Assembly (NCBI RefSeq): GCF_006345805.1
Contig: NW_021834446.1
Span: 1 to 50,265 of the forward strand
DNA length: 50,265 nt
Direction of reading: 5' to 3'
Origin: Octopus sinensis
Lineage: Eukaryota
In this document: positions 25,541 to 37,995 of the stretch, one piece after another
How the letters are laid out: each line of letters starts with the position of its first letter
How positions within the stretch are numbered: the stretch's first letter is position 1
Made by a program: the position numbers and the translations under genes
The notes under the pieces: generated by a model
Database searches by the model: none
What the model was told of the DNA's origin: nothing
The model's input: the letters and a program-made list of their open reading frames with translations, nothing else

Positions 25541-25650
25541 TTACGGGTGTATATTTGTAGATATAGGTATGTAAGTATATATGTATCTATTATTTATGTG
25601 TGCATGTATGTGTTTGTATGTTTGTATGTATGAATGTATATATCAGTCTA

Positions 25651-25721
<71 letters not shown>

Positions 25722-26499
25722 TCTCTCTGTGTCTCTCTATTTACCCAAATATCTTAAGATAGATCTATGAATTTTCTTCAACCTTTTTAATTGATCCCTC
25801 GCTGTCTCTTTCTTCTTTTTCTTCTTCCCTCTTTCTCTCACGCTCTCACGATTCCATTCTTCATCACTCTCTCTCTCTCTCATTTTTCCTCTCGTCTTCC
25901 TTCATTTTCTCTCACCGATGACGTTTACAATTTCCTAGAGTAATCCCGATTTCTTTGCAAAACTTTACATTTATCAGACATTTTGTGACAGCTTTGACTC
26001 ATTTATCTTGCCATCTTTGTATTTAAAAAGAAAATATGTGCAAAGCAGAAACTTTAAACAAACTAATCATATACACAAATAGATAAACAGATACATACGA
26101 ATTATGTTATACGAGAACACACACACACACGCACACACAGAGACCTGCATGCACACACACACACTCTCACACACATGTATCTGAAAATTTAAAATTACAA
26201 ATAAAAAGATGCAGTGATACACACTATGCAATGATACACAAAACAAATACATCCACACATATATATTTGAGAATTCATATACTATGTGTCTTTTTTTCCA
26301 TATAAGCATATCTGCTATTTATATATGATTATGAAGATATTATCATATGCATAATGCATGCGTTTAAGTTTATCTCATGCATAATATATATGTATTTTGA
26401 CATATACATACATGCATACATACATACTACGTATATACATACATATATATATATATAAGTATATATATATATATATTCATATATATATTTATAGATGCG

Positions 26500-26538
<39 letters not shown>

Positions 26539-27130
26539 ACACACACATGTATATATATATATGTATATATATAGATACATACATACATACACACACACAT
26601 ATAAATATACATACATACTTACATATATATGTGCATATGTATGTATGTATGTACGTGTGTGTATATGCATGTATGTATGAATATGCAATTTATATGTGAC
26701 TTCTTTATTTCTATAATGATTTGTATCCACAATGTCATGTGTGTCGTTTTATGTATTGTGCGCATGTACTGAGGTAAGTCTGTTTGTAAAAATATGACGG
26801 AGAAAGTCGTTAGCATTTTGATAAATCACCTCGAAATAATCATTATGCACTTTCTTACTAAAAATATTTATTCCCCTATGAGTCATTCTAATGTGAATAA
26901 TTCCCTGGTACAGAGTGTGGCTAGTGTGACTCACTTGGCAATAGAAGGGAATCGTGTGGCATATCTGGACCCTTGTTCTGCTTTAGGACATGTTATATAC
27001 AGCTCTGATCTTGGGTTTCTTTTTCTAGCACTATCCTAATGTTCAGAGGAAAATATCATTGCTGTTTTGTAGTTCGGAAAGGAATCATTACACTTGTGTT
27101 ATTGGCCATACTACAAGATCCTCAGATCTG

Positions 27131-27470
27131 TTATTATCTCTGCCTTAGCGAAGACGGAGGTATTGTTTTTCAGTAGCGTTTGTTTGTTTGTTTGTCCGTG
27201 GGCAAGACATCTCAAGAACCGCCGGATGGATTCGGATGAACTGGCACAAACTGATTAGATTTCGGGATCGATCTAGTACCGGACAAAGATTCTGGATTAT
27301 TATTCCGTTTTGTTTTCCTTTTACTTAATTTTTGAGAGCGGTCGGGTTCACTTTTAGTATTCTCGTTTGTGAGAGCATTTGAGATCTCATTTTAAAAAAA
27401 CATCAGTTAATCGTTGAGAGGACGTTGGTGTTGTCTTGGCGGAAGTTTGAGCTCTCTGAGTGCTCTTGTT
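27131..27470 (+). mobile_element. Helentron-associated non-autonomous element (HINE/DINE-1-like)
   Basis: 5' ttattatctctgcc..gacggaggtattgttttt, a (GTTT)n tract, core gcaagacatctcaagaaccgccggatggattcggatgaa, and 3' ttggcggaagtttgagctctctgagtgctcttgtt. This subterminal-IR layout is typical of HINEs. Confidence 0.72.
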
Positions 27471-28360
27471 ATAGATTTACGATGTGTTTGATTAGTTTAG
27501 GATTGTGCTGTATATTCCGATATACATTGGTGAATGGAATGGAATATTGTCTAACAGCCTCACACACTGGACATGTATTGCCTACCCTTTCCAAAATATA
27601 TTTATGTTCCACTGTTGGTGCTCTTTAGCCTCTGTTAACCTCGATCGAATAGATGTATGATCAAAGGTGTTTCAGGAATCCCCTTCTCGCCTTCTATTCA
27701 GTGTTGGTGCACTTCTTTCATCAAGAAGGTCTGTTGTGATTTGATCACGGAATAATTTGAACTGAGAACAAGAACGAATATCACAAAACATTTTCCAGAC
27801 ATTCTAATAATCCGAGCAATTAATTTTCTGTTGTGATTTCGGACCAGTTTGTAGCAGATGAAACAACGCTCTAGAAGCTCTTTTTCGTTCGCTTCTTTTG
27901 GTGATCATGGTGACTACAACAGAGTGTATAAGCAAGGCTCTCAGTCAAAACAGAATTGTTGCTTTTACTCTGCACTTACACTGTAGAGAGAATGGTTTCT
28001 GACAGTTTATTTCAGAAAGGCATCAAACCTAATTATACTCCAGGAAAGAAATTCGATACATAGATTTCCTAGAAAATTTCGTGCCTGGTTCTGATTTTCC
28101 TATTTTCAGAGAACGGTGAAATAAATAAATATTTGACAAAATACTAGAGTTGATATAATCAACTAAACCTTTCAAAGGCAAAACTCCCACCATAGTTTAA
28201 AATCTAATGGTAGAAAACAATAAAGGAATTAACAATGATCAAAAAAAAAAGAAGCATCTGTAATAACCTGGAATTGAAACGGTTTCGATCTCAGCACACA
28301 GGGTATGTCATGTTTGTTTTATTCTACGATTGAAATTGAAATTTGTTAATCATCCGATTG

Positions 28361-28657
28361 TGGAGGCACATGGCCGAGTGTTTAGAGCAGCGGACTCGCG
28401 GGTTCGAATCTCAGACCGGCGAAGTGTGTGTTTATGAGCGAAACACCTAAGCTCCACACGGCTCCGGCAGAAGGTAATGGCGAACTTCTGCTGACTCTTT
28501 CGCCACAACTTTCTCTCACTCTTTCCTCCTGCATCTTGCAGCTCACTTGCGACGGACCGGCGTCCCGTTCAGGTGGGGAACCTATACGCCAAGGAAACCG
28601 GGAAACCGGCCCTAATGAGCCAGGCGTGGATCGAGAAGGAACAAACAACAACAACAA
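28361..28657 (+). mobile_element. tRNA-headed SINE, family C, with (AAC)n tail
   Basis: A-box tggccgagtgt, B-box ggttcgaatct, body gcgacggaccggcgtcccgttcagg. Imperfect TSD aatcatccgatt / aatcatcagaat. Confidence 0.88.
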
Positions 28658-29357
28658 TCATCAGAATAAATGAGCAGAAAAGATGAGCTCTGTAGTTTAG
28701 TACAATCTGTTCCACTGGTTTTATTTCTCAGCAATGGCATTTAATTCTCGTTTAAATTATTAGTGTCTTTATGTAACGTTTAAAATGTCACAACAACAAT
28801 ACATCCTTCGAAATCGTAATGGAAGTATTCCCATTGATAGAAATCTATCATCAAGGATAAATAATTAACTAGTTTTCGTTTTTTCGCTTGAGACAATTTT
28901 GTTATTGGTTAAGCTACTAATTTTCACACACATCACTAACAAGAGGATAAAACACGTGGACATTACAGTATGCAAATTAATTTATCTTTGCTTAAATATC
29001 CACGGTTCAATACCAAAATGTTGTCGGATACATAGAACTGGAAAAATCTATTTGATGATTTAAATGCTATTTTCACAGAAGTCTCATGCACGACTTGCAA
29101 TGATCAAAGTTTTATTTTGTCATCTCAGAAAATGTTATAAAAGAAACCCCACGCAATCACAACCAGCTACAAATGTCGAGGCGTTGAGGGAATCTTTGCG
29201 CATTCGTTCAACGTGTAGAAATAGCAGCTAAATTTCCTTCATATTACACTACACACTCGGCTTTAAACGGAACGGATTATGAACAAGGTATTTTAAGCTA
29301 TATTGGAGATAAGTTTTATATCAAAATTAGAAAGAACTGCCATTATTATTATTACAC

Positions 29358-29473
29358 AAATTCTGCCGAGGTCGATAAAAGTAAGTACCAGTTGAAAACT
29401 GGGGTCGGTGTAATCGACTCATCCCCTCCCCCAAAATTGTTGCCCTTGTGGCAAAATTTGAAACCATTATTAT
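29358..29473 (+). mobile_element. Family B SINE, 3' fragment
   Basis: gccgaggtcgataaaagtaagtaccag...cccttgtggcaaaatttgaaaccattattat. Confidence 0.82.
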
Positions 29474-29482
29474 AAAGATGCC

Positions 29483-29711
29483 AAGGCAGCGAGCTGGCAG
29501 AATCGTTAGCGCACCGGGAAAAATACTTAGCATCATTGCGCCGGTCTTTACGTTCTGAGTTCAAAAACTGCCGAGGTCGACTTTGTCTTTCATGTTTTCG
29601 TGATCGATAAATTAACTACCAGTGATACACTGGGGTAGATGTAATCGACTTGTTCCCTCCCCCAAAATTCCAGGCCTTGTGCCTATAGTAGAAAGGATTA
29701 TTATTATTATT
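29483..29711 (+). mobile_element. Family B SINE, full length, (ATT)n tail
   Basis: aaggcagcgagctggcagaatcgttagc...gtgcctatagtagaaaggattattatt. Confidence 0.9.
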
Positions 29712-30150
29712 GTTTTTTTTCTTCTTTCTTCAAATTTGCTTCCGTTTCTTGCCGAGTGTTTTCCGTACAACTAGGGCAGAGAAGTCCATTGAATGCATTC
29801 CCAGATTACACACGCAAATTCACAGGTAAAATATGTATTTAAATAAATAAATTCATGAATGGATGTTGTTTTCACAGCGATAATGTTTTCTCAGTACATG
29901 AATCGTTCCACTTAACACGATTTTTTGCATTTCCTGTAGGGATGGTAAGCCTGGTATCATTTTCAAAGAGGTTTCAGTACCATTTTTTAAAATCATTCCC
30001 AGAGATCCTACAATCACTGGTACTGTAGTGGCCTTGTGATGCCACATTCTTCCAATTTCTATTAGCAAGTCTTTATATTTATTGATCTTGTCAAATTCTT
30101 TTGTCGCTATATTGTGATCGGAAGGAATACTCGTGTCAATCAATAAATAC
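29712..30150 (-). mobile_element. R4/Dong-type non-LTR retrotransposon, short 3' fragment (endonuclease C-terminus and 3' UTR)
   Basis: ORF 29853-30143 reads LIDTSIPSDHNIATKEFDKINKYKDL..WH.KATTVPVIVGSLG, a D..K..KY..L RLE motif. Homologous to 36970-37240; (ATT)n on both sides. Confidence 0.9.
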
Positions 30151-30189
30151 TATTATTATTATCAATATTATTATTATTAGAAAGGTGGT

Positions 30190-30410
30190 GAGGCGGCGAG
30201 CTGGCGGAACATTAGCACACCGGGTAAAATGCTTAGCGGTATTTCCATCTTTGCATTCTGAGCTCAAATTCAGCCGAGGTTGACTGTATTTCCATCTTTT
30301 CGGGGTCAATAAAATAAGTACCAGTAGACTACGGGGGTCGATGTAATCGACCTGCCTCCTGTCGCAAAATTTCAGACCATGTGCGAATTGTAGAAAGAAT
30401 TATTATCATT
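30190..30410 (+). mobile_element. Family B SINE
   Basis: ggcggcgagctggcgg...ggggtcgatgtaatcgacc...agaaagaattattatc. Confidence 0.87.
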
Positions 30411-30430
30411 ATTATTATCATTATTATTAT

Positions 30431-30640
30431 GACGGCGAGATGGTAAAATTGTCAGCGCGTCGGATTAAATATTTAATGGCATCTATTTCGGCTCAAATCC
30501 CGCCGAGGTTAACCTTCCCATTAATTTTTTTCGGGGTTGACAACATAAAATACCAGCCAATTACTGAGGTCGATGTAATCAACCAGCTCCCCCTTGTGCC
30601 ATACTTGTGCCAGCCTTGTGCCATACTTCGAAACAATCAT
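30431..30640 (+). mobile_element. Family B SINE, diverged
   Basis: gacggcgagatgg...cccgccgaggttaac...gaggtcgatgtaatcaac...cttgtgcc; directly follows the ATT tail of the previous copy. Confidence 0.75.
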
Positions 30641-30669
30641 TACTACTACTACTATTATTATTATTATTA

Positions 30670-30706
<37 letters not shown>

Positions 30707-30894
30707 ACTAGTTTAATTGCAAATTTTCGTCATTTCTTATCCAGCAATCGATTTTCCTTCAGAAAGAAATTATATATGTGTGTGTGTGTGTGCGTATGTA
30801 TTATATATAATATAATATTATATATATATATATATTATATATATATATATATTATATATATATATATATTATATACATACATATATACATACAT

Positions 30895-30932
<38 letters not shown>

Positions 30933-31480
30933 GCATTACCTTCTGTTTTCTCTTCTGTCATCCATCCCCACTACCTGTTTTTTTTTTGTTGTTTTTTTGT
31001 CCCTAACGAATAAGTACTTCGGCGCTGATGTCTTTCTATAAATCCTCTAATTTCAATGGTTTCTTTTACAAATTTCTTCACTTCAGATTTTCTCACACAC
31101 ATACAATTTCTCGTCTCAAAGCTGTCACCAACGTATTTAAGTTCGATTCAAACGTTGCCGGTGTGTTTTTTTTTCTCCTCCTTTCTCCTTTGCTTTTTAT
31201 CTTCTACCCCGCCCCAATTCGTTAGAACAATTTTAACTTGATCGATTAGACGATTATCTGAAGAAAGAAATACTTTAATTCAAACCTCCATCAGCCTCTC
31301 TTCCCCAGCTTTCTTTCATTTTTCTTAACCATTAATTCTCCTTTTTTTAAATTCTGTTTTCCTTTTTTTCTCTTCTTTGCTTTCCTTTATCCTTCTTCTC
31401 TCATATATGTTGTATGCACATATGTATATATACATTACGTATGTACCTATAATATGTATGTATATACCAATCTTCCTCTT

Positions 31481-31511
<31 letters not shown>

Positions 31512-31596
31512 CCGTCTATCTGTATGAATGTATATGCGTGTAAGTGAATAAGCACGAGTGTATGTGTGTGTTCACGTTTTTGTATATGTGTGTATG

Positions 31597-31970
<374 letters not shown>

Positions 31971-32504
31971 CGAAGGTTACACAGCCGAAACTTCGACGTA
32001 ACTGTCAACCATTTCCATGTAAAAATATATACATATGTGTATATATACATATGTGTATGTTTGTGTCGTGCGCGCAATCTTGAGAGAAAGAGAGAGAGAT
32101 AGAGAAAGATAGAGAGATAGAGAAAGATAGAGAGATCAAGAACACTGCAATGATTTTAACCACCATCATCACAACCATCACCACCACCCCGCCGCCGCCA
32201 CCACCACCACCACAACCACCAGCACCACCACCAATACCGTAATCATTATACAGCCAAGAGTAATACATGGGGATAAGAAAAAAGACACTTCACCATGTTG
32301 GAAGTAGAAACCAAATTTGCTGAAATCCATCAATATATCCAGATTTATTGTTGGTGGTTGGCTGGTTATTGGCTTACTAATGGTGTTGCTGTTGTTCTTA
32401 TGATTGTGGCTTTTTGTTGTTGTTATTATTATTTGTAATGTTTGCTTGTGTTGTTGTTATTGTTATTGTTATTGTCGTTAGTGCTACAACTGTAGTGTGA
32501 TAGC

Positions 32505-32950
32505 AAGTGAGCTGGCAGAACGGTTAGCGCGTCACACAAAATGCTTAGAGTAATTTCTTCTGTCTTTTCACGTTCTGAGTTCAAATTTCGCTGCGATCGA
32601 CTTTGCCTTTGTTCTTTTTCAAAGGGCAATGAAAGAAGTACCAATTGAGTACTGGGATCAATGTTACCGACTTACCATTTTTACCAAATTGCTGGCCTTG
32701 TGCTAAAACTGGAAACCATTATTATACTATTATCAAGCTGGTACAATCGTTAATATGTTGGATGAAATGCTTAGCGTTATTTTTCCTACTCTACGTTCTA
32801 AGTTCAAACGCTGCCAAAGTCGACTTTGTCTTTCGTCTTTTCGGGATCGATAAAATAAGTAGCAGTTGAATTCTAGGATCAATGTCATCGACTAACCCCC
32901 TCCTCGAAATAGCTGGCATTGTACCAAAATTTGAGACCGATATTAAGTAT
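32505..32950 (+). mobile_element. Two tandem family B SINEs (about 32505-32730 and 32740-32950)
   Basis: gagctggcagaacggttagc...cgttctgagttcaaatt...gactttgcc occurs twice, joined by an ATT-type tail. Confidence 0.83.
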
Positions 32951-32961
32951 ATATTATTTTC

Positions 32962-33255
32962 ATTATTTACATTTGACGGATATTTGTCCTCATCTTGCTT
33001 GTTGTTAGCACAACGTTTCGGCTGATATACCCTCCAGCCTTCATCAGGTATCTTGGGGAAATTTCAAACCTGGGTTCTCATTCCTAAGGTATCTTTCGAT
33101 GTTATTATTATCATTATTATTATTATTATTATTATTATATTATTATTATTATTATTATTATGATTATTATTATTCATGTCACTGCCTGGAATCGAACTCG
33201 AAGTCTTGGAGTTAGTAGTAAGAGCTCTTAACAACTACGCCATATGCCCGTGGGC
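32962..33255 (-). mobile_element. Family E copy 2, with intact CTGATGA/GAAA hammerhead core
   Basis: Minus strand: gcccacgggcatatggcgtagttgttaagag...agttcgattccaggc, (AAT)n, then gatac-CTGATGA-a-ggctg(gagggtatat)cagcc-GAAACGTT-gtgct (33007-33052). Confidence 0.9.
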
Positions 33256-33284
33256 AAGATTCCGAGTTCGATTCCAGGCAGTGT

Positions 33285-33351
<67 letters not shown>

Positions 33352-33539
33352 TAATAATAATAATAATGACATCGAAAAATACCTTAGGAATGAGAACCTA
33401 AGTTCGAAATTTCCCCAAGACACCTTATGAAGGCTTGAGGATATATCAGCCGAAACGTTGTTAACAACAAACAAGATGAGCACAAATATCCGTCAAATGT
33501 AAATAGTGTACATAATTCCTCATCTCTTAAATATAGAAC
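33256..33539 (+). mobile_element. Family E copy 3: inverted partner of copy 2, 5'-deleted, carrying the 3' tail
   Basis: aagattccgagttcgattccaggc-(AAT)n-...gacac-CTTATGA-a-ggct..agcc-GAAACGTT (33419-33464)...tacataattcctcatctcttaaatatagaac. Confidence 0.9.
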
Positions 33540-33589
33540 GATATCATATTTCTTTATTGCCCACAAGGGGCTAAACATAGACGGGACGG

Positions 33590-33785
33590 TGAAATGACAG
33601 AATGTTTAGCAGGCCGAACAAACTTCTTAGCGACATTTCGTCCGTCTGAGATCCTCCGAGGTCAACTTTGTTTTTCATCCTCTCACGGTCGATGAAATAC
33701 GCACCAGCTGACTCTATGGTCGATATAATCGACTTGCACCCTCCCCCGAAATTTCTGGCCTTGTGCTAAAATTTGAAAGCAACAT
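33590..33785 (+). mobile_element. Family B SINE, diverged
   Basis: ccgaggtcaactttgtttttcatcct...ggtcgatataatcgact...ggccttgtgctaaaatttgaaa. Confidence 0.8.
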
Positions 33786-33844
33786 TTGCTATGTTGTAAA
33801 CAGATTGGTTAAAATAAGTTAAGTTGGATAAACACCTTAAATTG

Positions 33845-34095
33845 TTGTTATTTAATTCCAGTTAAGCTTTCACTAAACAGACTTATCATTCATCAAAGGC
33901 GTTCTTGGCATGACCATATCGTCGAAGTAGGAAAAAAATCAAAAATAAAAAAGCCGACAATCTAGAGTTGTGTTATCTAGAGTTGTGTTATCTAATTTCC
34001 TTAGAAAGTAAAATTTTACGTTCTAAGGAAATTGTAGAGGAGTAATTTGATAGAGATTTGGTTGGTATTTCTAGCAAGTCGAATCACTACGTTGA
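33845..34095 (+). mobile_element. Unclassified dispersed repeat, family G
   Basis: cagac....atcaaaggcgttc..g.catgacc and gagatttggttggtatttctagca. Related pieces lie at about 9347-9430, 27630-27690, 4345-4385(-), 29215-29260(-), 39538-39570(-) and 50020-50220(-). Confidence 0.5.
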
Positions 34096-34415
34096 CATAA
34101 AATTAGGAGAGTGTTGCTGATTGTCGGTACCTGCTTCAAACTCCATAGCTGACCAGGTGCAGGCAAGAAAAAGATAGGCATTCGCCGCCAGGATGAGAAA
34201 CTAAATGAAACGAGGAGTGTTTTTGGTAACAAAGGATAACGAAGTGATATTTAACAGAAGTATGTCTGGTATAGAAAGGAAAAGTCTGATGTGAAACAGA
34301 ACTCATAAATTAGGAATTCGTTGTCGAAGATCTAATCCATATAGTTTTAACGGTGCGTATCAAAAACGTTGCATAAAACAAAAGAGAAAAATAAAGAGGG
34401 TGAGCAGGTGAATAT

Positions 34416-34460
<45 letters not shown>

Positions 34461-34899
34461 AAGAGAGGGAAAGAGAAACAGCGAGTTAAAAAGAGAAGTA
34501 AGGAGAACGAGAAATGAACAGAAGCAAAGCATAAAGATAGAGATAAAGAAGACAGAGAAAGTGTATTAAATAGAATGAGAAAGAAGGAGAAGGGCCGAAA
34601 TGCTGTTTGGTGAAGGCATGCCGAAGGACAGAATGGCTAGCATTAGTAGTCGAGTTTATATATAAGTCGCGTTCTTATCGTAATCAGATTTTGCATCACG
34701 GTTTCTTTCGTGAGAAGAAAAATCCTCATTGAAATTGACCTTAGTTCTTCATTCCACCAACCATCTCCTCTCTTCGCTCTCATATTCTCTCTCCATGTTT
34801 TTGTGATGGCTTGAGACCGGTTTCAGTGTGAGCACACACCGACGAGACCTGACGAAGCTATAATTATACAGACCGGTCGTTAGAAGTGATATAGAAATG

Positions 34900-34908
34900 A
34901 TAATAATG

Positions 34909-34984
<76 letters not shown>

Positions 34985-35013
34985 TGATGATGATGATGAT
35001 GATGATAATAATA
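34900..35013. repeat. (AAT)n-(GAT)n microsatellite
   Basis: Seen directly. Confidence 0.96.
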
Positions 35014-35235
35014 AAAGAGTAACAGAAAAGGTTCAGATCTGTACGCAGTGGTGATAGACGAATTGCCAGTTGCCTTTAGGCAGCCATCTGTATTACTGGC
35101 GCAGAGAAACCCGTTCGGGTTTGTGAATACACATATATGTGTGAATACACATATATGCAAATGTGTATCTGCGTGCGCATCTGCGTTCTGTGCGTGCCTA
35201 TGTGAATGTTAATTTGATGTTCTCTCTCTCCCCCT

Positions 35236-35313
<78 letters not shown>

Positions 35314-35709
35314 TATATATCTAATCGAAAAAGTTACAAGAGTGTCTAAAAGGATCACACACACACACACACACACACACATGATGAAGATACTTGTATA
35401 ACGTAAGTTTAATATCGGTCACAATTGTTTCAGTCGCATTCTGCTTCACCCCAAATTACACATGAATGTGTGACTAGTTACAATCGACTTGTGTAAATTA
35501 TAAATGGTTGAAACAGTGAGAGCTATCTTTCTCATCGGGTGCTTATTAAATTATTCTAAACAAAATAATGATAACATTAATTCTGAACAGAATAATAATA
35601 ATAATAATGATAATAATAATAATAATGATAATAATAATAATGATAATAATAATAGTAGTAGTAGTAGTAATAATAATAATAATAATAATAATATAATAAT
35701 AATAATAAT

Positions 35710-37241
35710 GGTAAAGACAATAATGAACTTGAAGGCCTATTGCGCACCGTGAAAGCATTCAGCGATGACATCGGGATGGAGTTTGGACTTGAGAAGTGTG
35801 CCAAGGCCACTTTCCAGAAAGGGAAAGTGAAGACCACAAATTCAGTCGTGTTAGATGTTGACACAGTCATAAGAGAGCTTGAGCAAGAACAAACATACAA
35901 ATATTTAGGGATAAATGAAGGCTCTGGTATTCAGCATGCAAGCATGAAAGAGAAAATCAGGAAGGAATGTTATAGGAGAGTTCGTGCAGTCCTGAAATCT
36001 GAACTAAATGCACGTAACAAGGTGTTAGCTATAAATTCCTTAGCATTTCCAGTTGTTACTTATAGCTACAGTGTGTTGAACTGGAATATGAGTGAAGTAA
36101 AGAATATAGATAGGAAAATACGCAAGCTGCTGAGTTGTAATAGGATGCACCACCCAAAGGCAGACGTAGATCGCCTTTACCTTCCAGAGCCCAAGGAGGT
36201 CGAGGCCTGATCCAATTTGAACTAGCTTACAAAACACCACAATTGGACTGGCCAAATATCTCGAAATATCGAATGACTGGATGCTAAAGCTCGTGGAAAA
36301 TCACGAGAGACGAAAGAAGCTTCATTCTATCATAAAGGAAAGCAAAAAATTTGCTATTGATCTCGTGCAGGATACCCAAACTGAACAACCGAGAGGAAGT
36401 ACGGCAACTATTGTTGCAAAGAAGGTGAAAATGATGGCAATGAAAAAAGCGCACGAACAATTGGCTGATAGGTGGGAGGAGAAACCTCTGCACGGCAAAT
36501 ATGTGACCCGCAGCAAACAAGCTGATGTTGACTAGAAGCAAACCCATCAGTGGCTACGGAGCTCAGGGCTAAAAGCAGAGAGCGAAGGTTTCATCCTGGC
36601 TGCTCAAGATTAAAGCCTATTAACCCGGAACTACCAGGCCAATGTGATGAAAAATGGAGCAGACCCAAAATGCCGATTCTGCAACGACATGATTGAAACA
36701 GTGGAGCACCTAATCTCTGGATGTAAAGTCTTAGCACCAGTGGAGTATAAATTAAGACATGACAGAGTTGGCCAATATCTCCACTAGCTAATAAGTCGGC
36801 ATTACAATATCAAAACTGCCGACAAGTGGTATAATCACCACCCTGAGGCTGTAACTGAAGGAGAAATGAAAAATGTAACCATCTGTGGGACTTTCCAGTA
36901 CATACAGACCGAACCATCAAGGCCAATAAACCAGATATTGTTGTGAAAGACCAAAACAATAAAGTTTGCTTATTGATCGACATGAGCATCCCCTGTGATC
37001 ATAATATCTCAGCGAAAGAGTTTGACAAGCTCAGAAAATATAAAGACCTATCATTGAAATTGAGAAAATATGGCATCTCAAGGCGGTTACAATACCAGTG
37101 ATCGTAGGAGCACTAGGAATGATCAAGAAGGGAACCGAAAATTATATGAGAATGATCCCTGGCTTACCATCCCTGCAAGAAGTGCAAAAGATTGTCTTAA
37201 CTGGTACATCACACGTATTGAGAAGAGCATTGTCGATGTGA
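35710..37241 (+). pseudogene. Disrupted RT-RLE polyprotein of the R4/Dong element
   Basis: Frameshift near 36185, in-frame stops near 36533, 36610 and 36785, further frameshifts toward the 3' end. The sequence begins just after the expected YMDD motif. Confidence 0.9.
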
Positions 37242-37411
37242 GAACTGTTGCTGCTCATGTATTTTAATTTAACTTAAAAAAAAAAAAAAAATGAACGAAC
37301 TACTGAGTTTGGTTTAATGGCCTACCAATGTATACTATGAGTTCCTTTGCCCTAGGAGTCGGGAAGACACTCGGCAAGAAATGGAAGCAAATTTGAAAGA
37401 AGAAAAAAAAA
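35710..37411 (+). mobile_element. R4/Dong-clade non-LTR retrotransposon, 5'-truncated
   Basis: Contains late RT (GMEFGLEKCA, YKYLG, INSLAFPV.TY), RLYLP..GGRGL, KPLHG, a CCHC knuckle CRFC..ETVEHLISGC..L....RHD and RLE NKPDIV..D....LLID...K..KY. The ORF stops at 37241 and the 3' UTR runs to an A-rich end. (AAT)n on both flanks. Confidence 0.95.
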
Positions 37412-37456
<45 letters not shown>

Positions 37457-37589
37457 TAATAATAATGATAATAATAATAATAATGCAAATAGTAGTCACA
37501 ATACGAGTAACAGCAACAACAGCAACGCGAAGAGTTTTCAAAGCTTTAAAACATTTGTTCTGCCTTTCGGGATTCAAAATGACCCCCAC

Positions 37590-37995
37590 ATAATTATCTC
37601 TACTCTAGGCACAAGGCCTTGAAAATTTTTGGGGAGGGGCTAGGCGATTATATCGACTCCAGTGTTTCGATGGTACTTAATTTATCGAACTCGAAAGGAT
37701 GAAAGGCAAAGTCGATCTCAGTGGAATTTGAACTCAGAACGTAGCGGCAGACGAAATACCTATTTTTTACTACCAACAAGGGGCTAAACACAGAGAGGAC
37801 AAACAAGGACAGACAAACGGATTAAGTCGATTATATCGACCTCAGTGCGTAACTGGTACTTATTTAATCGACCCCGAAAGGATGAAAGACAAAGTCGACC
37901 TCGGCGGAACTTGAACTCAGAACGTAGCGGCAGACGAAATACCGTTAAGCATTTCGCCCGGCGTGCTAACGTTTTTGCCAGCTCGTCGCTTTTGG
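37590..37995 (-). mobile_element. Two adjacent minus-strand family B SINEs with different 3' tails
   Basis: 37765-37995 is full length with a tttagccccttg..gtaa tail. 37590-37760 is headless with a ggccttgtgcctagagtagag tail. Confidence 0.9.

Noticed and set aside
28361-28420. Functional tRNA genes at the SINE heads (also 13020-13091, 24222-24290, 33180-33255)
   Set aside because: Cloverleaves are incomplete and each continues into a repeated SINE body.
34810-34880. Possible hammerhead remnant CTGACGA-a-gctataattata..gaccggtcg
   Set aside because: The GAAA core and stem II closure are missing; too degenerate to call.
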